From an uncultured Alphaproteobacteria bacterium (GTDB lineage: Bacteria; Pseudomonadota; Alphaproteobacteria; RF32; CAG-239): a stretch of DNA of 64,000 nucleotides. The stretch spans positions 4,932-68,931 of the forward strand of contig CASFSV010000007.1 in the NCBI GenBank assembly GCA_949297415.1, read 5' to 3'. Shown here one piece after another: positions 9,087 through 19,851 of this stretch (the stretch's first letter is position 1; every line of letters starts with the position of its first letter). The position numbers and the translations under genes were made by a program. The notes under the pieces are model-generated. The model was not told the origin of the DNA. It saw nothing but the letters and a program-made list of their open reading frames with translations, and ran no database searches.

Positions 9087-10595
9087 TTATTTGGGGATTT
9101 GCGCTTGGATGGCTGCTATCCCTTCTTTTGACAACAGAATTATCGCATAAGTGTCATCAACATATAATCCCTCATCTGACGGCCATGGAGCTTTTGCATC
9201 TCTTAAAAAGATATACAACGGAACGGTCAACTCCCCTATTTGCGACTGCCCCGCGTATATCGGTTTTGTAGCATAAAAATTCAATATACCCGCAGGAATG
9301 TGACGCACCATAAAGGAATTGGTTAACATATACGGATTATCTTTTTGATATGTTTCTTTGTAGTATCGAGGTCTTAAAGATTGTTCGCCGGCTACTACCG
9401 GTATTAGTCTTGATTGAGCTGAATTGTTTAATCGGTTTTCTATTCTCCCCATTATTCTTTCAATCAGCTTTTCTTCAGCGTTTCGTCCTAATTGCCATAC
9501 CTTTTGCGCGTAAAAACCTTCTCTTGCGGCCAAGCATACAAACAAAACGCCTAGCACCAATCCTATATTTCTACCTATTTTAGGTGTTTTCTTATTCAGC
9601 AAGAGAACCAACGCTCCCGCATATAGGAAATTTACTCCATAGAAATTGATGCGTGCCACATACGCAGCCTCTTCCCAATGGGCTGCCAAGAATGCACTTA
9701 TTACCGTTGCGCCTAATCCAACGCCCCAGAGTATCAGATTTCTAAATTTTCTTTCTTCTTGCAATGTCTTTATAACCGCGCCCGTGATTATCAATATTCC
9801 GATAATTTTCAGAGTGTTTGGAAAAAACGGAATACTCATATATAACTGACTAAAAGCCAATAACATCATATCGGGAATTCGCTTTACCAATTCGGCTAAA
9901 CCTGCGGTTTGAACGTTATAATGCCCTGTGTAAATGATATTCTTATAGGTTAAATACTTCAATATCAGAGCAAAAAATATCAGTGATACTATAATTGTTC
10001 CTAACGTGACTTTAGATATTTTCTTCTCTTGCAAGCATTTTATTGCCCAGCAGACAATCATCATTTCCGCTACGCTCGGATAAACGCCTAATGCAGTCAA
10101 AAAGCAAATTATCGCCGCTATTTTATAATACCACTGTTTATTTTCCGACCATATTAAACCGCCTATTACTAATAGTATCGCTGCAAAGTTTCCTATAATA
10201 TTTATCGGAAAATACAACCAATCCCAAATATATGGTGAACTAATGAGAAAAGCTCCTACAATTATTTCAGAACTTCTTCTTTCTATTTGCCAATATTTGG
10301 TTAGCAGAACTAATCCGAAAGATAACAATCCGAATGCCGTCAAATTATTTAAAATCGGCAATATTTGCCCACCATACAAGCAGACATTTAAAATAAATTT
10401 GGCATATCTTCCTTCAAACAGACCTGTATCTAAACTTAAAACTTGCGTTGTACCTTTTACCCAATCCCAATCATGATTTCCAATAAAAAATGTTGTCTGA
10501 TAGTACAGAAAAAGCAGGTTGCAGATACAGAAAAATATCACGCCTAACTTTATTTCGTTTATGTATTTATATGTTTTTACAGCATTATTTTCCAT
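9087..10595 (-). CDS. polytopic membrane protein, GtrII-like/GT-C-like glycosyltransferase (putative)
   Basis: 502 aa with more than 10 hydrophobic segments plus a soluble C-terminal domain. Forms an operon with the next membrane protein. Confidence 0.5.
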   Translation of the reverse strand: MENNAVKTYKYINEIKLGVIFFCICNLLFLYYQTTFFIGNHDWDWVKGTTQVLSLDTGLFEGRYAKFILNVCLYGGQILPILNNLTAFGLLSFGLVLLTKYWQIERRSSEIIVGAFLISSPYIWDWLYFPINIIGNFAAILLVIGGLIWSENKQWYYKIAAIICFLTALGVYPSVAEMMIVCWAIKCLQEKKISKVTLGTIIVSLIFFALILKYLTYKNIIYTGHYNVQTAGLAELVKRIPDMMLLAFSQLYMSIPFFPNTLKIIGILIITGAVIKTLQEERKFRNLILWGVGLGATVISAFLAAHWEEAAYVARINFYGVNFLYAGALVLLLNKKTPKIGRNIGLVLGVLFVCLAAREGFYAQKVWQLGRNAEEKLIERIMGRIENRLNNSAQSRLIPVVAGEQSLRPRYYKETYQKDNPYMLTNSFMVRHIPAGILNFYATKPIYAGQSQIGELTVPLYIFLRDAKAPWPSDEGLYVDDTYAIILLSKEGIAAIQAQIPK

Positions 10596-10597
10596 CG

Positions 10598-12001
10598 CTA
10601 CTTCCTATATAATACATACAACGTTTCGTCTTGCGACATATCTTGCAGACCGAAAAAATGTTGGGATGAAAATGTTTTCATCTGATAATTACCTAATTGT
10701 TGCAACTCTTTTATTTTTTCTTTGCTATAAATGTATAATTCTTTGTTCAATATTATTGCTTTTTTGGAAATTAACTGGTTTATATCGCTTTTTTTCACAA
10801 AACCATATTTGCTCCAATCCCAATAACTCATTGATTTATCCAGATAGTACGGATTCATTCCCACACTATTAAATGATATTTGTTCTATTTCTTGTGGCGA
10901 AATCTTTTCTTTCTGCAAAAAAGCATATACATCTTCCGATACCGCATATTTTCCGTTTATATCTTTTATGCCTCCTGCTACGCTCCATATTAACTCCGTT
11001 ATTATCAATATTCCAAGCCCGAGTTTTAGTTTTATGTTTATTTTGTTTGGCTCCGTCCAGAATATAAATAACGCTGTCATAATAAATATTCCCGCATGCC
11101 ACAACTTATATTTTACCAAACACATAAATAGTAAATTAGGAAGCCATAATATCCAGAATTTAACTCCGTACTCTTTGCTTAACAGATAACTCATCCCTAT
11201 AAAATAAAACAAACCGATGTATATGTACCATAAATTTTCCGGTGCTAATTTACTGGAGGTTATCAAACCGCTTGATAGGATACTTAGAATATTGCGAACA
11301 CGATATCCCTCCAACATTTGATAATTTTGTAAATATTGATTTTCTGTTTCCGGATAAACGTATAAAACGCTCAAAACTATAAAAATTATAAAAATCCCCA
11401 GTGCTTTTATATTTTTTTCTATAAATGCTCTATATCCCTTTATTCCTTCTTCTTTGTCTGCATCTTTGTATATCCAAAACAGCACTATTGAACAGGAAAG
11501 CAAAAAGGCATGAGAACTTACCGAGCCCAATAACAATAAACTCAGCACTAATCTATACGGATGCTTCTTGCGATTTTCAAAACATATCGCTGCAAAAGTT
11601 GTCATCAGAAACAGTAAACTATAATTTCTAGCCACGATATTGTATTGGTATAAAACAAAATATGTCAGCGGAAATATATATTTTATGTACTTTGGAAAAG
11701 GGGCTTTACTTATAAATAGGTATACAGCGACTATATTAGGGATAATTGATGCCATATATAACTTTGAATAATCTACCCCACAAAATATCAAAAATTTTAA
11801 CCAAAAATACCATAATGCCGGGGTGCCCTCTGTTCTTGATACCTTGGTTATTATATCCCAAACCGAAGCATCATGGGCTATTAAATACGCTTGAGCTTCG
11901 TCGGCGAAAGGCTCATGATTTATCCCTATCCAAAGCACTAAGCCTAACCAACATAAAATATAAAGCGGTGTCAGTATCTTTTCTTCTATTCTCTTTTGCA
12001 T
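10598..12001 (-). CDS. polytopic membrane protein, ArnT/PMT (GT-C) like glycosyltransferase (putative)
   Basis: N-terminal FADEAQAYL loop motif after TM1, as in GT39/GT83 enzymes. Many TM segments. Confidence 0.5.
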   Translation of the reverse strand: MQKRIEEKILTPLYILCWLGLVLWIGINHEPFADEAQAYLIAHDASVWDIITKVSRTEGTPALWYFWLKFLIFCGVDYSKLYMASIIPNIVAVYLFISKAPFPKYIKYIFPLTYFVLYQYNIVARNYSLLFLMTTFAAICFENRKKHPYRLVLSLLLLGSVSSHAFLLSCSIVLFWIYKDADKEEGIKGYRAFIEKNIKALGIFIIFIVLSVLYVYPETENQYLQNYQMLEGYRVRNILSILSSGLITSSKLAPENLWYIYIGLFYFIGMSYLLSKEYGVKFWILWLPNLLFMCLVKYKLWHAGIFIMTALFIFWTEPNKINIKLKLGLGILIITELIWSVAGGIKDINGKYAVSEDVYAFLQKEKISPQEIEQISFNSVGMNPYYLDKSMSYWDWSKYGFVKKSDINQLISKKAIILNKELYIYSKEKIKELQQLGNYQMKTFSSQHFFGLQDMSQDETLYVLYRK

Positions 12002-12104
12002 CACGAAGTTTTATCCCTTCTTATCAACATCTGTCAGGATAAAATTCTCCTTCTCGTTTGTAAAGTGCTTTTCGCATTTCATGCAAAACAAATACTTCAG
12101 GGCT

Positions 12105-12512
12105 TTATATATTTGCTAATGACAGAAGATCGTTGCGAATCGTTTTTAATTCTGTCACAGCTGTTTTTATTACGCTTTCATTTGCAGATGTTTGCAGCTC
12201 GTTTCCTGTCTTTTCTTCTTCTTCAAAAAAATCTTTTTGAATTTCCGTGCCTAAAATATCTTTTAAACTGCGATTTTTGAATAATTTTTGTACACCTTCT
12301 ATCGTATAGCGGCGCTCATATAACAATTCTTTAATCAGAGATAAAAGTTCTACATCGTCTGGACGATAGTAGCGACGCGAACTCTTGGTTTTCATTGGCT
12401 TTATTTGACTGAATTTTGTTTCCCAAAAGCGCAATACGTGCGGTGCTATACCTAAATCTTCTGTCACTTCCGCAATGCTTCGGAATGCTGATTTTGATTT
12501 ATTTACGCCCAT
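12105..12512 (-). CDS. MerR family transcriptional regulator
   Basis: [30 protein letters not shown]...[15 protein letters not shown]. Lies downstream of ihfA, as in many alphaproteobacteria. Confidence 0.85.
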   Translation of the reverse strand: MGVNKSKSAFRSIAEVTEDLGIAPHVLRFWETKFSQIKPMKTKSSRRYYRPDDVELLSLIKELLYERRYTIEGVQKLFKNRSLKDILGTEIQKDFFEEEEKTGNELQTSANESVIKTAVTELKTIRNDLLSLANI

Positions 12513-12597
12513 TTTTATCTCCCTTATTTTATATAAAAAGGACGGAAAACCTCATTTTTTAGTTTAACCGCCCTTTTTATCTGATTGTTTTTAAATG

Positions 12598-12882
12598 TTA
12601 TTTATTTACAGCCATTTTAAGGTTCTGCGATGGACGGAAAGATATAACCGTTCTGGGCGTAATTTCTGCTTCTACACCTGTCTTCGGGTTACGTCCGATA
12701 CGAGCATTCTTTCTCTTCAAAAGAAATGAACCAAATGATGAAATTTTGACATCCTTTCCGGAAATCAATTCCCCTTTGATTTCATCAATAACCATATCCA
12801 GAATATCGCCAGCATCTTTTCTGGATAAACCAATTTCCGTACAAATGGTTTCTGCTATATCGGCACGTGTTACTGTTGTCAT
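12598..12882 (-). CDS. ihfA: integration host factor subunit alpha
   Basis: 94 aa with the HU/IHF fold signature FGSFLLKRKNARIGRNPKTGVEAEITPRTVISFRPSQ. Confidence 0.85.
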   Translation of the reverse strand: MTTVTRADIAETICTEIGLSRKDAGDILDMVIDEIKGELISGKDVKISSFGSFLLKRKNARIGRNPKTGVEAEITPRTVISFRPSQNLKMAVNK

Positions 12883-12986
12883 TTTACACCTTTCCTAAAA
12901 ATAAATATTACCTTTTGATTTGATATATACCATAATCTATGCTCTGACACAATTCAATACTTCTTCGAAATTATACAGAGCAATTT

Positions 12987-13967
12987 TTAGTATCTGATTA
13001 ACATTCCACCCCAAGTAAAACCTGCACCCATTGCCGGTATCAATATCATATCGCCTTTTTTGATTTTTCCTGATGATACTGATTCTGATAATGCCAATGG
13101 TATTGATGCTGCTGATGTATTACCGTGATGATCTACCGTAACTATTACTTTTTCATTTGGAACACCTAATTTTTGGCCAACACCCGATATAATTCTTACA
13201 TTGGCTTGGTGCGGTAATAACCAATCTACATCTTCCGCTGTTATGTTGGCTTGATGCATAACTTCTTGGCAGGCTTCGCTCATGGCGCCAACCGCAAACT
13301 TAAACACTTCTTTTCCGTTCATTCTGATATATCCCGGAGATTGGGTTGCCGATACACCTCCGGTCGTATACAAATTTTCATATTGTGTTCCATCTGCATA
13401 AATTTTAGTCGCCAAAACGCCTGTATCTGTTGATAATCCTTCGCCATCAGAGGCTCTTACAATTACAGCTCCCGCTCCGTCGCCAAATAATACGCATGTG
13501 TTTCTGTCTGTCCAATCCGTGATTTTTGATAAACTTTCAACGCCTATAACCGCTGCGGTCTTTATTTGACCTAAGCGAATCATGTTATCTACCATCGTCA
13601 TCGCATATACGAATCCCGAACATGCCGCACCGATGTCAAACGCAGGCGTACCGACTTTAACGCCTAATCGACCGGCTATTTTTGCCGATACCGACGGCGT
13701 TGTGTTATCCGGGGTTAGTGTTGCTACCACTACCAAATCTAAATCTTCCGCAGTCACTTTTGATGCTTGCATCGCCATCTCAACCGCATGCATTGCCATA
13801 TCCGAGGTCAATTCGCCTTCCGTAACTATATGACGCGAACGTATTCCTGTTCGGGTGCTAATCCATTCATCGTTGGTGTCCACCATTTTAGACAAATCGT
13901 CATTCGTCAGCTCTTTGGACGGTAAATAATGTCCGCAGCCTATTATCTCTGTTCTAATATACTTCAT
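12987..13967 (-). CDS. fabH: 3-oxoacyl-ACP synthase III
   Basis: Active-site context AACSGFVYA, HQAN, GNTSAAS. Start chosen at MKYIRTEIIG. Confidence 0.9.
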   Translation of the reverse strand: MKYIRTEIIGCGHYLPSKELTNDDLSKMVDTNDEWISTRTGIRSRHIVTEGELTSDMAMHAVEMAMQASKVTAEDLDLVVVATLTPDNTTPSVSAKIAGRLGVKVGTPAFDIGAACSGFVYAMTMVDNMIRLGQIKTAAVIGVESLSKITDWTDRNTCVLFGDGAGAVIVRASDGEGLSTDTGVLATKIYADGTQYENLYTTGGVSATQSPGYIRMNGKEVFKFAVGAMSEACQEVMHQANITAEDVDWLLPHQANVRIISGVGQKLGVPNEKVIVTVDHHGNTSAASIPLALSESVSSGKIKKGDMILIPAMGAGFTWGGMLIRY

Positions 13968-15018
13968 AGCATGCTTCCTGTGAAAGTTCATCTAAATCAA
14001 TATTTTCTAGTTCGCGACGAATTGAACCGACAAAGTCTTTTCTGACCAAACGTGCCGCATTTTCAACAGCTATTGAAAAGCCAAATGCATCCGTGCCACC
14101 ATGACTTTTTACCGATAAGCCGTTTAGTCCGACAAACATCGCCCCGTTGTATAACCGCGGATCCATGGTCTTTTTAAGCTTACGACTTGCTCCTATCATA
14201 AAAGGTAAGCCTAATTTGGCGAAAAAAGATTGTTTTACGGCCTGTTTTATCAATTTCATTATCAGGTTACATGTTCCCTCAACCGATTTTAAGGCAATAT
14301 TGCCCGAAAATCCATCAGCAACAACAACATCTGCCTTTCCATTTGGTATTTCATGAGGTTCGATATATCCGATAAAATTCAGATTCAAATGGGGATTTTT
14401 GACGATATGTGCCGCAACATGTATCTCGCCCTTGCCTTTCATTTCTTCGGCTCCGATATTCATCAAAGCGACTCGTGGACGTTCTATGCCTAATGCATAT
14501 TTAGCAAAAATATTTCCCATTATCGCAAATTCTGCTAAATTGATACCATCGCAATCCGTATTAGCGCCTAAATCCAGCATCACGTATTTACCGCTCATAT
14601 GTGGCATAATACTGATTATTGCCGGACGATGTATCTTTTGTATCGTTTTTAGCACTAATTTAGAAATAGCCATCAACGCTCCCGTATTACCTGCTGAAAC
14701 GACTGCTGCTGCTTTGCCTTCTTTAACAGCTTCCACAGCTTTATACATACTTGTTTCTCGGTTACGGATAACGTGTGACGGCTTATCTTCATTATGAACA
14801 AATTCTTCTGTATGAAAAATCTGACAAACATCTTTTAATGCCGGATACTTATCCATCTCAGCAGTTACTTTCGGTTCATCCCCATACACTAAAAATCTTA
14901 TATCCGGATTTCTTTTGTGGGCAAGAGCCAGACCTTCTATTACTACTGCGGGGGATTTGTCCCCCCCCATAGCATCTATTGATATGACCAGATTACTCTC
15001 AGACAAAACCTGCTCCAT
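13954..15018 (-). CDS. plsX: phosphate acyltransferase PlsX
   Basis: IDAMGGDKSP N-terminal motif, 354 aa. Classic rpmF-plsX-fabH order. Confidence 0.9.
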   Translation of the reverse strand: MEQVLSESNLVISIDAMGGDKSPAVVIEGLALAHKRNPDIRFLVYGDEPKVTAEMDKYPALKDVCQIFHTEEFVHNEDKPSHVIRNRETSMYKAVEAVKEGKAAAVVSAGNTGALMAISKLVLKTIQKIHRPAIISIMPHMSGKYVMLDLGANTDCDGINLAEFAIMGNIFAKYALGIERPRVALMNIGAEEMKGKGEIHVAAHIVKNPHLNLNFIGYIEPHEIPNGKADVVVADGFSGNIALKSVEGTCNLIMKLIKQAVKQSFFAKLGLPFMIGASRKLKKTMDPRLYNGAMFVGLNGLSVKSHGGTDAFGFSIAVENAARLVRKDFVGSIRRELENIDLDELSQEACYEVY

Positions 15019-15049
15019 AAAAATAAATTAATTAATCTTCCGTTAGATA

Positions 15050-15241
15050 TTACTCAGCATCTTGTGTTTTTTGAGCAATAACTTCTTTACCATCATATTG
15101 GCCGCATTTTGGGCATACGTTATGAGGTCTCTTCAATTCGCCACAGTTCGGGCATTCATGATATGCATTGGGTTTCAAAGCATCATGAGAGCGGCGCATA
15201 TTGCGACGAGATTGTGATGTTTTCTTCTTTGGTGTAGCCAT
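15050..15241 (-). CDS. rpmF: 50S ribosomal protein L32
   Basis: [19 protein letters not shown]... with a CPNCG..CPKCG zinc ribbon. Confidence 0.9.
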   Translation of the reverse strand: MATPKKKTSQSRRNMRRSHDALKPNAYHECPNCGELKRPHNVCPKCGQYDGKEVIAQKTQDAE

Positions 15242-15463
15242 CTCTTTTACTCTTTTTACCTTAAATTATTTGACACAAATAACTCTCGCTAATCTCTTAA
15301 CCGAAATTACGCAAGGGTCGCTGGATTAGCTTTTATATAAAAAAATTGTATTTGGCAAGTGTTTTTTTATTTATTTTCTCCTTTTTACCCTATCGTTTTC
15401 TTTTTTCTATATCTTTACACAGATTTCCTTTGGATTTTTCAAGTTTTTTTTCACTGAATATCT

Positions 15464-15976
15464 TTATTTTTTTAACTTGGATAACACCGCAAACGGATTT
15501 TCTCTTATAGGACTATCGTCTTCTATAAATGACGTAAACTCTTCTCCGTCTTTGCGCGGATGATCCTCCATCACTAAAGCCAACTGCTCTATAGCTATAT
15601 CCCCTAAATCTATTTTCCCATCAATTACAATATCCGGAATATCATCCTCTATATCTTCATCCATTTCACGAATCTGCTCATATGTCGCATTCGTATCATA
15701 AGTTAGGCTAAAATTACTCTTATATTCTTTTTCAAATTCATCCAAACTTATCACGCTGATTAATGTTAAGCCGGCACGAACTTCGCCACTGACATCTAAA
15801 ATACCTTTTTTCTTTTGAAATGTCAGTTTAATATCCGCTTCAAAATAATTCACAGCCGGAATTTGCAATATTTCCCTCAATGTTTCCAGCTGCGCCTTAT
15901 TGGCTCTTAATTTATACGTTTGCTCACCTTGATTGATATCCTCAATTTTTAACGGATAAGAAAAATCTTTTTGCAT
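15464..15976 (-). CDS. yceD: YceD/DUF177 family protein
   Basis: 170 aa, acidic, C-terminal NPFAVLSKLK. Conserved position upstream of rpmF. Confidence 0.8.
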   Translation of the reverse strand: MQKDFSYPLKIEDINQGEQTYKLRANKAQLETLREILQIPAVNYFEADIKLTFQKKKGILDVSGEVRAGLTLISVISLDEFEKEYKSNFSLTYDTNATYEQIREMDEDIEDDIPDIVIDGKIDLGDIAIEQLALVMEDHPRKDGEEFTSFIEDDSPIRENPFAVLSKLKK

Positions 15977-16037
15977 TCCTTTTTTCCTTGTGTTATAGGC
16001 TTATATATATTCAGTATATAATTGTAAGGATGGTGCT

Positions 16038-16499
16038 ATGTCAATAAACAAAGTATTTTTTTCAACGGTCGCTTCTTTTTTCTTATTTACGGCTTGCTCT
16101 AATGAGTATTTTATTCAGACGGAAGGAAATATGCCGTCTAAAGATGATATTATGCAAATAAAACGAGGAATGCCGCAAAGCGAAGTTAGAAAAATTATGG
16201 GCTCCCCCAGTGTTATCTCCAGTTTAGATCATCGCACCTGGATTTATATGAACTCCACCATGGAACGCAAAGCCTTTTTCGAACCCAAAGAATTAGATCG
16301 TAATGTGGTTGCTATTGAGTTTAATCATGACGGAGAAGTTCAAAAAGTTGTGCAACTTACCAAAGAAAATGGTAGAGATATCGCTATCTCCAAAGATGCT
16401 ACTCCAGTTATGGGAAGTGAAGAAACCTTCATGGAAAAATACTTTGGTGGTGTCGGCTATATGCCAATTCAGCCAACAAAAGAAAACAATGGTTTATAA
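16038..16499 (+). CDS. bamE: outer membrane protein assembly factor BamE (SmpA/OmlA lipoprotein)
   Basis: Lipobox LFTAC; IKRGMPQSEVRKIMGSPS core motif. Confidence 0.75.
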   Translation: MSINKVFFSTVASFFLFTACSNEYFIQTEGNMPSKDDIMQIKRGMPQSEVRKIMGSPSVISSLDHRTWIYMNSTMERKAFFEPKELDRNVVAIEFNHDGEVQKVVQLTKENGRDIAISKDATPVMGSEETFMEKYFGGVGYMPIQPTKENNGL

Positions 16500-16548
16500 T
16501 CTGTTTAGCCTAAGCGATTGCTTTTCGCTTATTCATCTTAATTATAAG

Positions 16549-16586
16549 AAGCTCCGCCTTTCTATTTGAAAAGCGGAGCTTTTTAT
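16549..16586 (+). terminator. rho-independent terminator between convergent bamE and M48 genes
   Basis: AAGCTCCGC - 15 nt loop - GCGGAGCTT followed by TTTT. A second small hairpin lies at 16511-16531. Confidence 0.6.
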
Positions 16587-16619
16587 ACAATCTTTCTTTA
16601 TATCTAAGTTTTTTTGAGA

Positions 16620-17333
16620 TTATTTATAAGTATAGAGTAAATGCCCATTTTCGGTCAACCACTCTCTTCCCTTAGCAGCGTCTTCCTCCAAAAACTCTAC
16701 TAACGCCCAAAAATATGCCGAGTGGTCTTGATGCTTTAAATGCGACACCTCATGCGCCACTATATAGCGAATCACAAATTCCGGTGCTAACGCCAAACGC
16801 CAACTATAATTGATATTGTTCAGTGTTGAGCAACTTGCCCACCGTGATTTTGTATCTTTTATACAGACATTATGAACAGTCTTACCTATTTTATCAGCTA
16901 CTTCTGCCGAACGTTTGCTAAATTCTTCCAACGCCATTTTTTTGATAAAGTCTTTGACGCGACGGTGCATAAACTCTATTCCGCCTGATACGTACAATAT
17001 CTTATTCTTCTTATCTAATCGCGTATTGCCTCGTATCGGACTGTGCTCGATTGTATATTCTTTACCAAATAGGCTTATTTTGTCATGATTCTTAAAAAAT
17101 CTCAGCTCCGGTATTTTACTTAAATTATCCCTTACCCAGTCTTGGTGACTTTCAACAAATGATACTGCCTTTTTGCGGGAACAATATTTAGGAATCGTCA
17201 ATACCGCGACTCTGTCTTTTTTATCAATGCGGAGCGTCAACCGACGAGAGCGACCGGAATGTACAACTTTCATATCAAAACCTAAATCGGCATTGATTTC
17301 AAAGGTCTTTCCACTCAACAATGTAATTTTCAT
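16620..17333 (-). CDS. YgjP-like (DUF45/M48 family) metallopeptidase
   Basis: HEVSHLKHQDH zinc motif near the C-terminus, 237 aa. Confidence 0.75.
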   Translation of the reverse strand: MKITLLSGKTFEINADLGFDMKVVHSGRSRRLTLRIDKKDRVAVLTIPKYCSRKKAVSFVESHQDWVRDNLSKIPELRFFKNHDKISLFGKEYTIEHSPIRGNTRLDKKNKILYVSGGIEFMHRRVKDFIKKMALEEFSKRSAEVADKIGKTVHNVCIKDTKSRWASCSTLNNINYSWRLALAPEFVIRYIVAHEVSHLKHQDHSAYFWALVEFLEEDAAKGREWLTENGHLLYTYK

Positions 17334-17808
17334 AGTCTGTTACCTCAGATTCATTTATTAATGTTCTTTTTTGCAGAGACATACCCGCTTTATGTACCGA
17401 GTCTGCACGGCCGGTTATTAAAGGATGCCACTCCGGCAACGGTTTTCCTTCATCTAATAACACGTAAGCGCAAGTTTTCGGGAGCCATCGGGGTTTCTCT
17501 CGAATCGCAGAGATATCTATATCACGGCAATCGTTAACTTTTTGAAAACGATTTGCATAAATTTTGCATAAACAGCTTTCAGTATCCAAAAAACGACAGT
17601 AAGTGTTTGTAAAACATATCTTTCTTTTTATCTCAATTTTATTCAGACAACATTTACCACATCCATCACAAAGGAGCTCCCACTCCCTTTTGTTCATTTC
17701 TTCCAGCTTTTTCTTTTTCCAAAACTCCGGCTCTGTATCAGATAAATCCGCAAAGCGGCTTTGCGGATCGTAGGATTCTTCTATCAAGTATTCATCTTCT
17801 TGCGTCAC
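17299..17808 (-). CDS. YcgN-like (UPF0260) cysteine-cluster protein, paralogue 2
   Basis: EWELLCDGCGKCCLNK ... PKTCAY ... EWHPLITG...SVHKAGMS...IVEW matches the YcgN family pattern. Confidence 0.75.
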   Translation of the reverse strand: MTQEDEYLIEESYDPQSRFADLSDTEPEFWKKKKLEEMNKREWELLCDGCGKCCLNKIEIKRKICFTNTYCRFLDTESCLCKIYANRFQKVNDCRDIDISAIREKPRWLPKTCAYVLLDEGKPLPEWHPLITGRADSVHKAGMSLQKRTLINESEVTDYENYIVEWKDL

Positions 17809-18192
17809 TTACAAATCCTCCCACTCAACAATATGGTCTTCTAATTCTTCTTCCGAAACTTTATCTTCACTTATTACTCTTCCTTTAATTGTGGTTTTTA
17901 TCGGAGAAACTTCTTTTTCAAACAACTCTCGATAAGCACAAGTTTTCGGCATCCATTGCAATTTATCGACGTTTTCCGGTGTCAGTTTTAAACAAGTCGG
18001 CACTAATTCGCAACGTTTATCATACACAGTACAGCACATTTTTTCTTCATCAAAATAACGGCAGACCACATTGGTATAATAAATATCGCCGCTTTCTTCA
18101 TCCTCTAACTTTATCAGGCAACATTTCCCACAACGGCGACAGATTTTTTCCCATTCTTCCGGCGTATATCTCTGAGTAGGATTCTTATTCAT
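17809..18192 (-). CDS. YcgN-like (UPF0260) cysteine-cluster protein, paralogue 1 (shorter, lacks the WHPL..VH segment)
   Basis: EWEKICRRCGKCCLIKLEDEESGDIYYTNVVCRYFD ... PKTCAYRELF ... HIVEWEDL. Confidence 0.7.
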   Translation of the reverse strand: MNKNPTQRYTPEEWEKICRRCGKCCLIKLEDEESGDIYYTNVVCRYFDEEKMCCTVYDKRCELVPTCLKLTPENVDKLQWMPKTCAYRELFEKEVSPIKTTIKGRVISEDKVSEEELEDHIVEWEDL

Positions 18193-18195
18193 CTG

Positions 18196-19668
18196 CTACC
18201 CTCTCATTTCCGGCAGACGATCATCTGGTGATAAATTGCTGAAGCGTGCGTACTCACCGTTCCAGAATAACTTTACGGTTCCGGTTGAGCCGTGACGGTG
18301 TTTACCAATAATTACTTCACCTAAATTTGCAGTTTCTCTATCTCGTTGCTGCCACTCCTCTGTTCTTTTAGCAAAGTGCTCATCGGTTTCTCCGGTGTTT
18401 CTCTTTGGCTCGGCATTGTGAATATAGTAGTTTTCACGGAACACAAACATTACAATATCAGCATCTTGCTCGATAGATCCAGACTCACGCAAATCGGACA
18501 TTAACGGACGCTTATCATCTCTTTGTTCCAAACCACGGTTTAATTGGGAAAGTGCAATTACAGGGACTTTCAACTCTTTTGCCAGAATCTTTAGACCTCT
18601 GGAAATCTCTGACACTTCTTGCACACGGTTGCCCTCACTTTTTTTATCCCCAGAACCGCTGATTAATTGAATATAGTCAATTACAATTAAGCCCAAGCCG
18701 TTGGTCCTTTTTAAACGGCGCGCGCGTGTGCGAATGGTACTAATATTTATACCAGGGGTATCATCTATATACAATGGTAATTTTTGATATTCTCGTACAG
18801 CGGCGGCAATTCGGTTAAATTCTCCCAACTCCATATCGCCAGTTCTCAATTTATGTCCGGGTGTATCGGTAATACTGGATAAGATACGGGAGGCCAATTG
18901 CTCTGCGGACATTTCCAGAGAAAAGATTGCCACGCCCTTATCATGCGGATCCATTTTGTCATTAGTACGCATACTTTCGGCAACATTGTATGCAATATTC
19001 ATAGCCAACGCTGATTTACCCATTGCCGGACGACCTGCCAAAATAATCAAGTCAGAATCGTTTAAACCGCCCATTTTATAGTCTAAATCATTTAACCCCG
19101 TCGAAAGTCCTGAAACTTTTCCTTCTTTTTCATAGGCTTTTTGAATCATCTGTAAGGTGGAATTTAAGGTCGTTCCAAAATCTTGAAAACCCTTTTGACC
19201 ATCGCCGTGCATTGCCAAATCAAACAATCTTTTTTCGGCTTTTTCAATTTGTGATGCCGTTGATACATCAAAACTTTCATTCATCGCTTCGCTGGCAATA
19301 TCGTAGCCGGTCGAAATTAACTCGCGCCGCAGAAATTTATCATAAACGAATTGCGCATAATACTCTATATTTGTTAATGGAGAAGAAGCTTCCGATAATT
19401 TAATCAAATAAGCCATTCCGCCTACATCATTTAAGGTGCCTTCTTGCTCAAAGTAGTTTTTTAGCGTAATGACGTCGGCAACGTGTCCTTTCTGGATTAA
19501 ACGAGAGATGACATCATACACTTTTACGTGTATCGGATCCGAAAAATGTTCCGCACGCAAAAACTCCGAAACCTTTTCATAGGCTTTGTTATTTGCCAAT
19601 AATGCTCCCAAAAGAGCTTGTTCTGCTTCTATATTGCGCGGCAAACGCGTTACGTCCAATTCTTCCAT
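18196..19668 (-). CDS. dnaB: replicative DNA helicase DnaB
   Basis: 490 aa with Walker A GRPAMGKSALAMN, IVIDYIQLI and SQLNRGLEQR motifs. Confidence 0.95.
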   Translation of the reverse strand: MEELDVTRLPRNIEAEQALLGALLANNKAYEKVSEFLRAEHFSDPIHVKVYDVISRLIQKGHVADVITLKNYFEQEGTLNDVGGMAYLIKLSEASSPLTNIEYYAQFVYDKFLRRELISTGYDIASEAMNESFDVSTASQIEKAEKRLFDLAMHGDGQKGFQDFGTTLNSTLQMIQKAYEKEGKVSGLSTGLNDLDYKMGGLNDSDLIILAGRPAMGKSALAMNIAYNVAESMRTNDKMDPHDKGVAIFSLEMSAEQLASRILSSITDTPGHKLRTGDMELGEFNRIAAAVREYQKLPLYIDDTPGINISTIRTRARRLKRTNGLGLIVIDYIQLISGSGDKKSEGNRVQEVSEISRGLKILAKELKVPVIALSQLNRGLEQRDDKRPLMSDLRESGSIEQDADIVMFVFRENYYIHNAEPKRNTGETDEHFAKRTEEWQQRDRETANLGEVIIGKHRHGSTGTVKLFWNGEYARFSNLSPDDRLPEMRG

Positions 19669-19851
19669 CTCTCAGAATCCTTTATCATCTCTTTCTTTAC
19701 GCGTTATGGAACAATCAACGTTGAATTGCACGAAAAAAAACTTTGTCTTGTGGATTGTGTGGATAAACTGCTCTCACTCCTTTATTTTATAAGCTCGCAT
19801 GCTATCTTGACTTTGCTTTATATGACTTATCTATTAAGGGAGTTTTATATT

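Noticed and set aside
14960-14970. G8/C8 homopolymer inside plsX as a phase-variation switch
   Set aside because: It encodes the conserved MGGD motif of an essential gene and is probably just codon choice. Noted only as a possible sequencing or slippage hotspot.
19618-19851. N-terminal extensions of track ORFs (galE from 19618; also 21831, 2695, 59705, 36481, 37293, 56851, 54347)
   Set aside because: These extensions start at alternative codons, overlap neighbouring genes or terminators, and lack RBSs. Internal starts with RBSs match family N-termini.
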